From: an uncultured Planctomycetia bacterium
GTDB lineage: Bacteria > Planctomycetota > GCA-002687715 > CAYQRN01
NCBI GenBank assembly: GCA_964419995.1
Contig: CAYQRN010000002.1
Span: 1 to 56,247, forward strand
Direction: 5' to 3'
Length of the DNA stretch: 56,247 nucleotides
Within the stretch, counting starts at the first letter, position 1. Every line of letters starts with the position of its first letter. This document shows, piece after piece, positions 26,106-34,049 of this stretch. The notes beneath the pieces were generated by a model. It did no database searches and had not been told where the DNA came from. It saw only the letters and a program-made list of their open reading frames with translations. A program made the position numbers and the translations under genes.

Positions 26106-26167
26106 GGACTCGAACCTTGGACCCGCTGATTAAGAATCAGCTGCTCTACCGACTGAGCTACGAGCGC
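26095..26167 (-). tRNA. tRNA-Lys (anticodon CTT)
   Basis: The reverse complement reads GCGCTCGTAGCTCAGTCGGTAGAGCAGCTGATTCTTAATCAGCGGGTCCAAGGTTCGAGTCCTTGCGAGCGCA. Acceptor stem is GCGCTCG/CGAGCGC, the anticodon loop is TTCTTAA, and the T-loop is GGTTCGAGTCC. Confidence 0.9.
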
Positions 26168-26235
26168 GGGGGCGGGATTCTAGCAGCCGCCCCCGTGCGG
26201 GCAAGCCTGCCGAGGGCCGCAAGGACGTCCCGCAG

Positions 26236-26310
26236 GGTGAGTGAGGGGACTTGAACCCCCGACCCTCAGAGCCACAGTCTGATGCTCTAACCAGCTGAGC
26301 TACACCCACC
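26236..26310 (-). tRNA. tRNA-His (anticodon GTG) with encoded G-1
   Basis: The reverse complement reads GGTGGGTGTAGCTCAGCTGGTTAGAGCATCAGACTGTGGCTCTGAGGGTCGGGGGTTCAAGTCCCCTCACTCACC. The anticodon loop is CTGTGGC. The extra 5' G pairs with discriminator C, a hallmark of bacterial tRNA-His. Confidence 0.9.
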
Positions 26311-26465
26311 ACGCTGTGGAGCGGGCGGCCGTCGAGCACCGCCCGTTCCCGTTTCGCTGGAAGCGTATCCCCCCCGATACGGTGGATCAAGCCGCGGCGG
26401 ACACGGTGCGAATCCCGCGGGCGAAAGTGCTTAGCGTCCGGGGCGCTCTCGGGTAAGATCCGGCC

Positions 26466-26807
26466 ATGGGCAGAACTGGTTGGGGAAACCCGTGCACGCC
26501 CGCGTCGACCGGTGGCGGACGGCCGCTGCGTCGCGAGGGGCTCATCGTCCGGACGTTGAGAGGCGGCCGGCTCGCCGTCCACGAGCCGCTTGGCTCGGTG
26601 ACGCATGTGTTCAATCGGACGGCGTCCTTCATCTGGAGCCTCTGCGACGGACTCCACGCGGTGGACGATATCGTCCGGAGCCTCGCGGCGCACTTCCAGG
26701 TCCGCGATGCCCGGCCGCTCCATGGGGACGTGGAGGCGGCTCTCCAGCATCTGGCGACGAAGGGGCTCGTGGTCGAAGCCGCCGGCGCGGCTGTCACCGC
26801 GCGCTGA
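26466..26807 (+). CDS. stand-alone PqqD-family / RiPP-recognition-element (RRE)-like small protein
   Basis: 'LIVRTLRGGRLAVHEPLGSVTHVFNRTASFIWSLCDGLHAVDDIVRSLAAHFQVRDARPLHGDVEAALQHLATKGLVVEA' follows the PqqD pattern: beta strands, 'LN-x-t-a-x-x-iW-x-l-x-dG-x-x-x-v-x-e-i', then 'DV-x-x-fl-x-x-L-x-x-x-gL'. Confidence 0.65.
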   Translation: MGRTGWGNPCTPASTGGGRPLRREGLIVRTLRGGRLAVHEPLGSVTHVFNRTASFIWSLCDGLHAVDDIVRSLAAHFQVRDARPLHGDVEAALQHLATKGLVVEAAGAAVTAR

Positions 26808-26840
26808 CGCCGGGGAGGCCCCGGCGGTGGAGCGCGCCCG

Positions 26841-28499
26841 TCAGGGTGTGAACACGATGGTGCGGGGGTCCGAGATGGACTCGACGCCCGACGGTCCGGA
26901 CCCGCCCGTGGCGAAGAGGGCGTGGATCACGACTCCGGCGAGGGCCGGCACGGGGGGTATCGCGACGGCGGGCGCTCCCGTGAGCCCGGCGGAGTCGAGG
27001 AGCCCGTAGTTCGCCGGAAAGAACTGCGGGACGAGCCCGTGGAGCGTGAGCTGGAAGAGGGGGTCGAGCGGGTCGGATTCCACGATCCGGCCGTCGAGCA
27101 GGAAGGCGGGAACGATGGCCCCGGTGAAGGCGAGGACATAGGGCCGGAAGGCGTCGCCGGGGGAGTCGAGCGTGATGTGGATCTGTTGCGCGGCGGAGAT
27201 GGACGCCGCGGTGTTGCCGGAGAGAACGATCTGGTTTCGCCGGAACGTCCGCAGCCGGAGTTCGAGATTCGGAGCCGCGCCGTGCTGCCAGACCGCGGTG
27301 ATGTTCCCCTTCTCGTCCATGGCGATCCGGGGAACCTGCTGCGATGCGGAGCCCGGCAGGGCTTCGGCGGGCAGGGCCGGGGTGAGATTCTGTCCGTCCC
27401 TGGCGAAGCGGTCGAGGGAGGCCCGGGGTCCGGAGGGCAGCGTCGCGCCTGCCTGGTCGACCCAGATGTCGGCCGCGTCGCCGTTCTCGTCGAGCGCGAG
27501 ACCCATGAAGAGCTGCTCTCCCGGGAGAGGCGTGAGATCGGTCTCGGCGCCAGCGGCCTGCCCGGTGTCGTCGAAACGGCGGACGAATGCATCGACGTTG
27601 GTCGTGGACCCGACATCGCCGCACCAGCCGACGAGGGCGTGGTTGCGGGCGCTGGTCCGGACGGCGGGTTCGAACTGGTCGAAGGCCGTGGTGTTCGTGA
27701 GGACGGCGGCCGGCGCAAGAGGAAGGACGACGGCGGAGAACCAGCGGCCGAGGATCGCGATGCCGCTCCCGTCAGGCGAGGCCGCGCCCACGGTCCCTTC
27801 GATGCCGTCCTGCCACACGGCGACGAAGTGTCCTGCCGGCCAGAAGGCCAGGTCGGGCGCGTTCTGGCCACCCCGATTCTGGAGGGGATCGTCGAGGCGG
27901 ATCTCCTGGGCATCGATGGGCGTGCCGGACGCTCCGAAGCGCCGGAGCCAGATACCCTGGGAGGCACCCCCCGCGTTGATGGCGCGCCGGGCCCAGATCA
28001 CGGCGAACTGGGAGGGACCCGACCAGGCGACGGAGGGGCGGCTCTCGTTGAGGTTCGTGAGGGTGTTGACGAGAAACGGCGGGCCCGGCGTGAATCCGCC
28101 CTGCGTGTAGACTCGCGCCAGGACTGCGCCGGAGGTGCCGTCCTGGCCCGCGGCATCGTCCCACACCACGGCGAAGAGCCCGGTCGGACCTGCGGCGACC
28201 CGGGGTGTCCCCGGGAGGCCGCCGGCGCTCACCTGGAAGGCCGGCCCGAGGGCGACGTCGCTCCGGTCGTAGATTCGGCCGCGGAGGACCGCCGTTCCGG
28301 ACTGGGTCTCGGTCCAGACCACCATCCGGGTGCCGCTGGCGGTGGAAGCCACGGCGGGACTCAGCGACTGGGCCGAGGCGGTGCCGACGATGACGACAGG
28401 GCGTTCGACGACACCGTCGCGTGCGGGCGCCCGGGCGCTTCCGGGCGCCGGCAGGATCAGGATCAGGAGCGGGAAGAGCGAGGAACTCCGGCGTGGCAT
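26841..28499 (-). CDS. secreted repeat protein: seven 'x-V-x-W' propeller-like repeats plus a C-terminal domain
   Basis: The signal peptide is 'MPRRSSSLFPLLILILPAPGSARA'. Seven repeats of roughly 45-60 aa are centred on MVVWTE, AVVWDD, AVIWAR, VAVWQD, LVGWCG, ADIWVD and TAVWQH. Most are followed by a '..R(R/V/I)(F/Y)...G' strand. Confidence 0.7.
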   Translation of the reverse strand: MPRRSSSLFPLLILILPAPGSARAPARDGVVERPVVIVGTASAQSLSPAVASTASGTRMVVWTETQSGTAVLRGRIYDRSDVALGPAFQVSAGGLPGTPRVAAGPTGLFAVVWDDAAGQDGTSGAVLARVYTQGGFTPGPPFLVNTLTNLNESRPSVAWSGPSQFAVIWARRAINAGGASQGIWLRRFGASGTPIDAQEIRLDDPLQNRGGQNAPDLAFWPAGHFVAVWQDGIEGTVGAASPDGSGIAILGRWFSAVVLPLAPAAVLTNTTAFDQFEPAVRTSARNHALVGWCGDVGSTTNVDAFVRRFDDTGQAAGAETDLTPLPGEQLFMGLALDENGDAADIWVDQAGATLPSGPRASLDRFARDGQNLTPALPAEALPGSASQQVPRIAMDEKGNITAVWQHGAAPNLELRLRTFRRNQIVLSGNTAASISAAQQIHITLDSPGDAFRPYVLAFTGAIVPAFLLDGRIVESDPLDPLFQLTLHGLVPQFFPANYGLLDSAGLTGAPAVAIPPVPALAGVVIHALFATGGSGPSGVESISDPRTIVFTP

Positions 28500-28671
28500 T
28501 GCGGGGCCTTCCCCGGGCTCGTGCGGCGGGGGGCCGCCGGACGCGGCCGGACGGATGCGGCAGCTTCCCGTGCGGCCGCAACCAGTCTATCGATGGAGCC
28601 GGCGGGAAGCGAGAGCCCCGGGAAAACCCGCGCAAATGCACGAAATCGGGGCCTTCGGCGCGATCCCGGCA

Positions 28672-28699
28672 TTGACTGCGCGCGGCTTTCCTGTAGGAT
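28672..28699 (+). promoter_or_regulatory. sigma70-like promoter candidate (TTGACT-N16-TAGGAT) upstream of the histone-fold gene
   Basis: TTGACT lies at 28672-28677, followed by a 16-nt spacer and TAGGAT at 28694-28699. It sits about 70 nt upstream of the ATG at 28772. Confidence 0.4.
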
Positions 28700-28771
28700 C
28701 TGCCCGATCTGGCGAGGTCTAGGCCTTTCCAGGATGGTTTCCGTGGAACTGAAGGATCAAGGGCTTCCAGC

Positions 28772-28987
28772 ATGAACGGCAAGAAGTCGAAGGGTGCGAA
28801 GGGCAACTCGAAGCGCGAGGTGCTCGTTGTCGGCAGCAAGATGAAGGCCTTCGTGAAGTCGAAGGGCATGAAGAGCTCGGGCGACCTCATCGACGCTTTG
28901 AACGCGTCCATGTACTGCGCGCTCGAGAGGGCCTGCGAGCGTGCGTCGAGCAACAAGCGCTCCACGGTCCGTCCCCAGGACATCTGA
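28772..28987 (+). CDS. 71-aa basic histone-fold-like (DUF1931 / bacterial-histone-like) protein with a Lys-rich N-terminal tail
   Basis: The sequence is 'MNGKKSKGAKGNSKR-EVLVVGSKMKAFVKSKGMKSSGDLIDALNASMYCALERACERASSNKRSTVRPQDI'. It reads as short helix, loop, long helix, then 'NKRSTVRPQDI'. That tail resembles the '(G)RKT(I/V)xxxDI' L2-alpha3 signature of archaeal and bacterial histone folds. Codon bias is clean (AAG/GGC/CTC). Confidence 0.6.
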   Translation: MNGKKSKGAKGNSKREVLVVGSKMKAFVKSKGMKSSGDLIDALNASMYCALERACERASSNKRSTVRPQDI

Positions 28988-29164
28988 ATCCGTCGTTGCC
29001 GCGGGGCCGGCGCCCGGAAGCCCGGCCCTTCGGTGGTCTCCCGCCGGCTCCTCGCCGCCGGCACCCGCGACGCCGCGCTCGAGAGCGCGAATCTCCCGCC
29101 GCGCGACAACCACCCGTGCCCCGGCCCTTCGGCGGCATGCCTCCGCGTCCTACCGTTCCTCTCT

Positions 29165-29238
<74 letters not shown>

Positions 29239-30150
29239 TCAGGCCCTGCCGGGTCCCGGCGCAGCGGTGCGCGGGCGCGCTCGGAGGACGCGGGCCTCGC
29301 GCCGGCGCGTGTCGACCGTGACGACGGCGACGGAGTTTCCGGCCAGAGCTGCGATGCCCGCGGCGGACGGGGGGCGTGCGGTGCCCACCTGGTCGGGGCG
29401 CCCGAGGGGCTGGGCGAGGACGAGGACGTCATTGACCCGCGCGGCGTAGGGGACGTGGCGGTGTCCGTGCGCTGCGAGGACGAGGTCGTCGATGCGGCCC
29501 GTGAGGATCGAGAGCATCGAGGCTCCGGCGGTCCCGCGGTCGATGCGCCGGCCGCGAGCTTTTTCGAGGGCGACGAGCGCGCGGCGCGACGGTACGAAGT
29601 GGAACAGGGCGACGACGGAGGCGATGGACCGGAAACGGCGGAGCACGTCGAGCTCCCGGATCTGGTCCTCGAGCTCGTGCCGGAATCGGTCGGCGAGCGT
29701 GCGGTCGGGAACGGCGGGGGTCCATTGATCGCCCTTCACGATCTCGTCGTCGGGCCAGGGTTCGCCCGCGAGGCTTCCATCGCACCAGCCGGGCACGCCG
29801 ACGAACGCCACGTCATCGAGCACGAACGGGGCGGCGTGCGGCAGGTACACCGCGTCGGCGCTGTCGCAGACGGACCGCAGGATGCTCCTGTAGCGCGTGA
29901 TGCTGCGGTCCCCGGGTCGTCCGCGGTCGTCCGTCTGGAGCTCGTGATTGCCGGGGACGTACAGGACCCGCGGGCCGAGACGCCGGAGATCGGCGAGCCA
30001 GCCGGCCAGACGGTCGTCGTCCTGGTCGATGTCGCCTCCGACGAGGACGACGTCCGCGCCGTCGTCGCGCACCCGCCGGACGATGTGGGGCCAGAGGACG
30101 CGGTTCTCCCGGTACTCGAAGTGCAGGTCCGAGAGGAGCGCGACCTTCAT
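29239..30150 (-). CDS. calcineurin-like metallophosphoesterase
   Basis: The canonical D-x-H / GD / GNHE triad is present as 'VALLSDLHFE', 'VVLVGGDID' and 'VLYVPGNHE'. The stop codon directly abuts the 3' end of tRNA-Arg. Confidence 0.8.
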   Translation of the reverse strand: MKVALLSDLHFEYRENRVLWPHIVRRVRDDGADVVLVGGDIDQDDDRLAGWLADLRRLGPRVLYVPGNHELQTDDRGRPGDRSITRYRSILRSVCDSADAVYLPHAAPFVLDDVAFVGVPGWCDGSLAGEPWPDDEIVKGDQWTPAVPDRTLADRFRHELEDQIRELDVLRRFRSIASVVALFHFVPSRRALVALEKARGRRIDRGTAGASMLSILTGRIDDLVLAAHGHRHVPYAARVNDVLVLAQPLGRPDQVGTARPPSAAGIAALAGNSVAVVTVDTRRREARVLRARPRTAAPGPGRA

Positions 30151-30207
30151 CGGCCCTTCATTGCGTCTTCACAAGGGTTTATGGCGATTCTTCGCGACGG
30201 CGGGCGA

Positions 30208-30236
30208 TTGCCGGGCCCGGTCCCGGAGGGTAAGAT
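30208..30236 (+). promoter_or_regulatory. sigma70-like promoter candidate (TTGCCG-N17-TAAGAT) upstream of ppk1
   Basis: TTGCCG lies at 30208-30213, followed by a 17-nt spacer and TAAGAT at 30231-30236, in the divergent intergenic region 30151-30272. Confidence 0.35.
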
Positions 30237-30272
30237 GACGCTCGGGAGCGGACAAGCGGCGACGAAGGGGAC

Positions 30273-32468
30273 ATGCGTGAGCCGATGATGACTCCGTCCG
30301 ACATGGATCCACGGGACGACATCCGATCTCAGCCTGCGGCAGCGCCGGAGCTCTTCATCAACCGTGAGCTCTCGTGGCTCGCCTTCAACCGGCGGGTCCT
30401 CGAGGAGTCTCAGGATCCCCGCAATCCGCTGCTCGAGCGCATTCGCTTCCTGTCCATCACCGCCAGCAATCTCGACGAGTTCTTCGAGATCCGAGTGGCA
30501 GGCCTCCTCCAGAAGGAGGAAGCCCAGGTGCCCCGGGCCGGCCCGGACGGCCTGTCGGCCCACGGGCAACTCGAGGCCATCTCCGTCCAGACCCACGCCC
30601 TCGTGGACGACCAGTACCGCGTCTGGCGCGAGCAGATCGTGCCGGCCCTCGCCGAGGCCGGAATCCGATTGATCGCCCGGCCGGACTTCACGGATTCGGA
30701 CCGGAACTTCGTGCGCGACTACTACCGCCGCAGCGTGCACCCGGTTCTCACGCCCATCAGCGTGGACCCGGCGCACCCCTTCCCGCACGTGAAGAACCTG
30801 GCCCTGTGCTACGCGGCGCTCATGGCGGCGGACCCCTTCGCCGGGGACGGGAGGCGTCTTGGCATCGTGAGCGTCCCGCGCGTGCTGCCGCGGTTCGTGC
30901 GCCTCTCGAACCGCCGGGGTCCGCGTGCGTGGTGCTTCCTCGGGGACGTCATCGCCGAGAACCTGGACCGCCTCTTTCGTGGCGTGCGCATCCTCGGCTC
31001 CGGCGCGTTCCGCGTGACGCGGAACAGCGAACTCTACGTGGACGAGGAGCGGATGAAGAGCCTCGTCGACGAGATCGAGGACGAGCTCAGGCGGCGGCGA
31101 CGGGGGGCGGCCGTGCGTCTCGAGGTGGAGGCCGGGATGCCGCGGGAGATCGTGGACCGGCTGCTCAGGACCCTCGACCTCGGAGCGCGGCAGCTCTACG
31201 CCGTCCACGGCCCGGTCAACCTCGCGCGCGTGGCGGTCTTCGCCGAGGAGCTCGACCGTCCGGATCTCCGCTGGCCGCCCCTCGCGCCCGCGACCCGACC
31301 GGCCGAGTCGCCCCGCGCCCTGTTCGCGTCCATCCGGGACGCCGATCAGCTCCTGCACCACCCCTTCGAGTCCTTCGGTCCCGTCGTGGATTTCGTCCGT
31401 GCCGCCGTGGACGATCCGGACGTCCTGGCCATCAAGCAGACCCTCTACCGGACGGGACGCGAGTCCCCCATTCTGGCGGCCCTCATGGAGGCCGCGGAAC
31501 TCGGCAAGGAGGTGACGGCGGTCGTCGAGCTCAAGGCGCGTTTCGACGAGGAGTCGAACATCTACTGGGCGCGCATGCTCGAGGAGGCGGGCGTCCATGT
31601 GGTTCACGGTGTCGTGGGATACAAGGCCCACGCGAAACTCGCGCTCATCGTCCGGCGCGAACCGTCGGGACTCAGGAGCTACGCGCACATCGGCACGGGC
31701 AACTACAACCCGGTGACGGCGCGCCAGTACACGGACATCGGGCTCTTCACGGCGCGGGAGGACATCGTCGAGGATGTCGCCGAGATCTTCAACGCGCTGA
31801 CGTCGCCGTCGGCGCCCGTGAAGCCGAGGTCCCTTCTCGCGGCGCCGTGGAATCTCCTCGACAGCGTCATCGCCCTCATCCGCCGCGAGGCGGAACACGC
31901 CCGGCGGCGGGCGCCGGCGCGGATCGTCGCCAAGATGAACGGTCTCCTCGATCCCGACGTCATCCTGGCCCTCTACGACGCGGCGAAGGCGGGGGTCCGG
32001 ATCGATCTCATCGTCCGGGGACCCTGCGCCCTGCGGCCGGGGGTTCCGGAGCTCAGCGGGGAGATCCGCGTGCGGAGTGTCGTCGGGCGCTTCCTCGAGC
32101 ACTCGCGGATCTTCTCCTTCGATAACGGCGGCGATCCCGAGGTCTACATCGGAAGTGCCGACTGGATGCCGAGGAACCTGCGCTACCGGGTGGAGGTCAT
32201 GGCGCCGGTCGCGGATCCGCGCCTCCGGCAGCGGCTGCGCTCGGAAATCCTCTCCCTCTATCTCGCCGACAACGTGAAGGCCCGGGAGCTCTCGGCGGAC
32301 GGCACCTACCGCCGGGTCGATCCCGCCGGGGGGGCCGAGATCGACGCCCAGCACGCTCTCCTGCGCATCGCTGCGGGGGAGCCCGTCACCGTGCCGGATG
32401 CCTTCGCCGCGCCGCCGGCCGCCCCGGCGGCCCCGCAGGAGCCCGAAGCTCCGCGGGCGGCGGGATAG
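30273..32468 (+). CDS. ppk1: polyphosphate kinase 1
   Basis: 'LFINRELSWLAFNRRVLEESQDPRNPLLERIRFLSITASNLDEFFEIRVAGL' is the characteristic PPK1 N-terminus. The 731-aa length and the two C-terminal PLD-like halves ('YAHIGTGNYN', 'GSADWMPRNL') fit. Confidence 0.95.
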   Translation: MREPMMTPSDMDPRDDIRSQPAAAPELFINRELSWLAFNRRVLEESQDPRNPLLERIRFLSITASNLDEFFEIRVAGLLQKEEAQVPRAGPDGLSAHGQLEAISVQTHALVDDQYRVWREQIVPALAEAGIRLIARPDFTDSDRNFVRDYYRRSVHPVLTPISVDPAHPFPHVKNLALCYAALMAADPFAGDGRRLGIVSVPRVLPRFVRLSNRRGPRAWCFLGDVIAENLDRLFRGVRILGSGAFRVTRNSELYVDEERMKSLVDEIEDELRRRRRGAAVRLEVEAGMPREIVDRLLRTLDLGARQLYAVHGPVNLARVAVFAEELDRPDLRWPPLAPATRPAESPRALFASIRDADQLLHHPFESFGPVVDFVRAAVDDPDVLAIKQTLYRTGRESPILAALMEAAELGKEVTAVVELKARFDEESNIYWARMLEEAGVHVVHGVVGYKAHAKLALIVRREPSGLRSYAHIGTGNYNPVTARQYTDIGLFTAREDIVEDVAEIFNALTSPSAPVKPRSLLAAPWNLLDSVIALIRREAEHARRRAPARIVAKMNGLLDPDVILALYDAAKAGVRIDLIVRGPCALRPGVPELSGEIRVRSVVGRFLEHSRIFSFDNGGDPEVYIGSADWMPRNLRYRVEVMAPVADPRLRQRLRSEILSLYLADNVKARELSADGTYRRVDPAGGAEIDAQHALLRIAAGEPVTVPDAFAAPPAAPAAPQEPEAPRAAG

Positions 32469-32477
32469 GCTCCGGGG

Positions 32478-33038
32478 TCACTTGGCCCGGTCGAGATACT
32501 CGCCGGTCTCGGTGCTCACCTTCACCCGCTCGCCCTTCTGGATGAACATCGGGACCTTGATCTCGAGCCCCGTCTCGAGCTTCGCGGGCTTGAAGACGTT
32601 GGTGACGGTATTGCCCTTCACGCCCATCTCCGTGTCGATGACGGTGAGCGCGACGGCGGAGGGGAGCTCGATGGAAACCGGATTCCCCTCATGGAAGGTC
32701 ACGGTGGCCTCGGCGTCGGGGACGACGTAGGCCATGGCATCTCGCGCGAAGTCCTCGTCGATGAAGTACTGCTCGTAGTTCTCCTTGTCCATGAAGACGT
32801 ACTTGGTGCCGTCCTTGTAGGAGTACTGGCAGGGGCGCTTGTCGAGGAACGCGACGTCGAGCATGTCGCCGGAGGAGAGGCGCATCTCGCGGGACGCGGT
32901 GCCCTTCAGGGCCTTGAACTTCGCCTGGATGAACGCCCGGAGGTTTCCGGGCGTTCGGTGCTGGAATTCGGTGACGACGAAGAGCTGTCCGTCCATGCGG
33001 ACGACGAGGCCCTTCCTGATGTCCTGTGCCTTGATCAA
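32478..33038 (-). CDS. efp: translation elongation factor P (atypical modification loop)
   Basis: 'MIKAQDIRKGLVVRMDGQLFVVTEFQHRTPGNLRAFIQAKFKALKGT..' and the C-terminal 'KPAKLETGLEIKVPMFIQKGERVKVSTETGEYLDRAK' give the three-domain EF-P layout at 186 aa. Confidence 0.9.
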   Translation of the reverse strand: MIKAQDIRKGLVVRMDGQLFVVTEFQHRTPGNLRAFIQAKFKALKGTASREMRLSSGDMLDVAFLDKRPCQYSYKDGTKYVFMDKENYEQYFIDEDFARDAMAYVVPDAEATVTFHEGNPVSIELPSAVALTVIDTEMGVKGNTVTNVFKPAKLETGLEIKVPMFIQKGERVKVSTETGEYLDRAK

Positions 33039-33149
33039 GCCGTGGCTCCAAGTCTCGCGGGGGGTGCGGCCGGGCGGAGGTTCGGTGCCGGGGGCCCAAG
33101 AGGCATCCCGTGCTTTGGGATCCGGGGCCGCGTGTCACTATACCGCGGC

Positions 33150-34049
33150 ATGGCGCGCAAGGAAGACGCGGCGCGTCCCGGTGCGGCGGGTCCGGCCTGG
33201 CTCTCGCTCGGCACGGCCGTGGTCGTGCTCGCGGCCAAGAGCGCGGCGTATCTCGTGACGGGCTCCCGGGCCGTGCTGGCGGACGCTCTCGAGAGCGTCG
33301 TGAACGTCGTGGCTGCCGCATTCATGGTGGTCGCGGTGCGCGTGGCGGCGCTGCCACCCGATGAGAACCACCCCTGGGGCCACGGGAAGATCGAGTTCCT
33401 GAGCGCCGGTTTCGAGGGGGCTCTCATCCTCGCCGCTGCGGCGGCCATCGGCGTCGATGCCGGCTCCGCGCTCCTCTCAGGGGACTTCGGGCCGCGCCAC
33501 ATCGAGACGGGACTCCTCCTCGTCGTGGGCGCGACGGCGGCGAATGCCGCAGTGGGCCTCGCGCTCCTCGGCCGGGGGAAGACTCTCCACTCGGCGGCGC
33601 TGGAAGCCGACGGACGCCACCTCCTCTCGGATGTCGTGACGAGCGCCGGGAGCATCGGAGGGCTCCTCGCCGTGCGTCTCACGGGTCTCCCGGTCCTCGA
33701 CCCCCTCGCCGCGCTCGGGTCCGCTCTTCTCATCGTCGTCTCGGGGTTCCGGCTCCTGCGCCGGTCCCTCGCCGGCATGATGGACGAGCAGGACCCGGGC
33801 GACGCGGCGCGCCTCCGGGAGGCCCTCGCCGCAGTGCGCGAGCCCGAGCTGCTGGGGTTTTCCGCGCTCCGGTCCCGCCATCAGGGGAGCGTCCATCTCG
33901 TGGACGTCACCCTGCTCGTCCGCCCGGAGCTCAGCGTCTCTGAGGGGTATAGCCTGGCCCAACGGATCGCGATGACGCTCGAGGAGACGCTCCATGCCTC
34001 CCGGGTCACGTGTCACGTGGCGCCGGGCGAGGCCCCGTCGGAGGGCTGA
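33150..34049 (+). CDS. cation diffusion facilitator (CDF) family metal efflux transporter
   Basis: 'AAKSAAYLVTGSRAVLADALESVVNVVAA', 'DENHPWGHGKIEF' and 'LEADGRHLLSDVVTS' are CDF signatures, followed by a C-terminal cytoplasmic domain. The track ORF start (32691) lies inside efp on the other strand, so it was trimmed to the ATG at 33150. Confidence 0.85.
   Translation: MARKEDAARPGAAGPAWLSLGTAVVVLAAKSAAYLVTGSRAVLADALESVVNVVAAAFMVVAVRVAALPPDENHPWGHGKIEFLSAGFEGALILAAAAAIGVDAGSALLSGDFGPRHIETGLLLVVGATAANAAVGLALLGRGKTLHSAALEADGRHLLSDVVTSAGSIGGLLAVRLTGLPVLDPLAALGSALLIVVSGFRLLRRSLAGMMDEQDPGDAARLREALAAVREPELLGFSALRSRHQGSVHLVDVTLLVRPELSVSEGYSLAQRIAMTLEETLHASRVTCHVAPGEAPSEG

Noticed and set aside
26130-26750. 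206-aa minus-strand ORF spanning the tRNA-Lys/tRNA-His region.
   Set aside because: It overlaps two confidently folded tRNA genes and the PqqD-like gene, and its composition is shadow-like.
29003-29030. GC hairpin (GGGCCGG..CCGGCCC) after the histone-fold gene as an intrinsic terminator.
   Set aside because: The stem is plausible, but the downstream tract (TTCGGTGG) is not U-rich, so there is not enough support to call a terminator.
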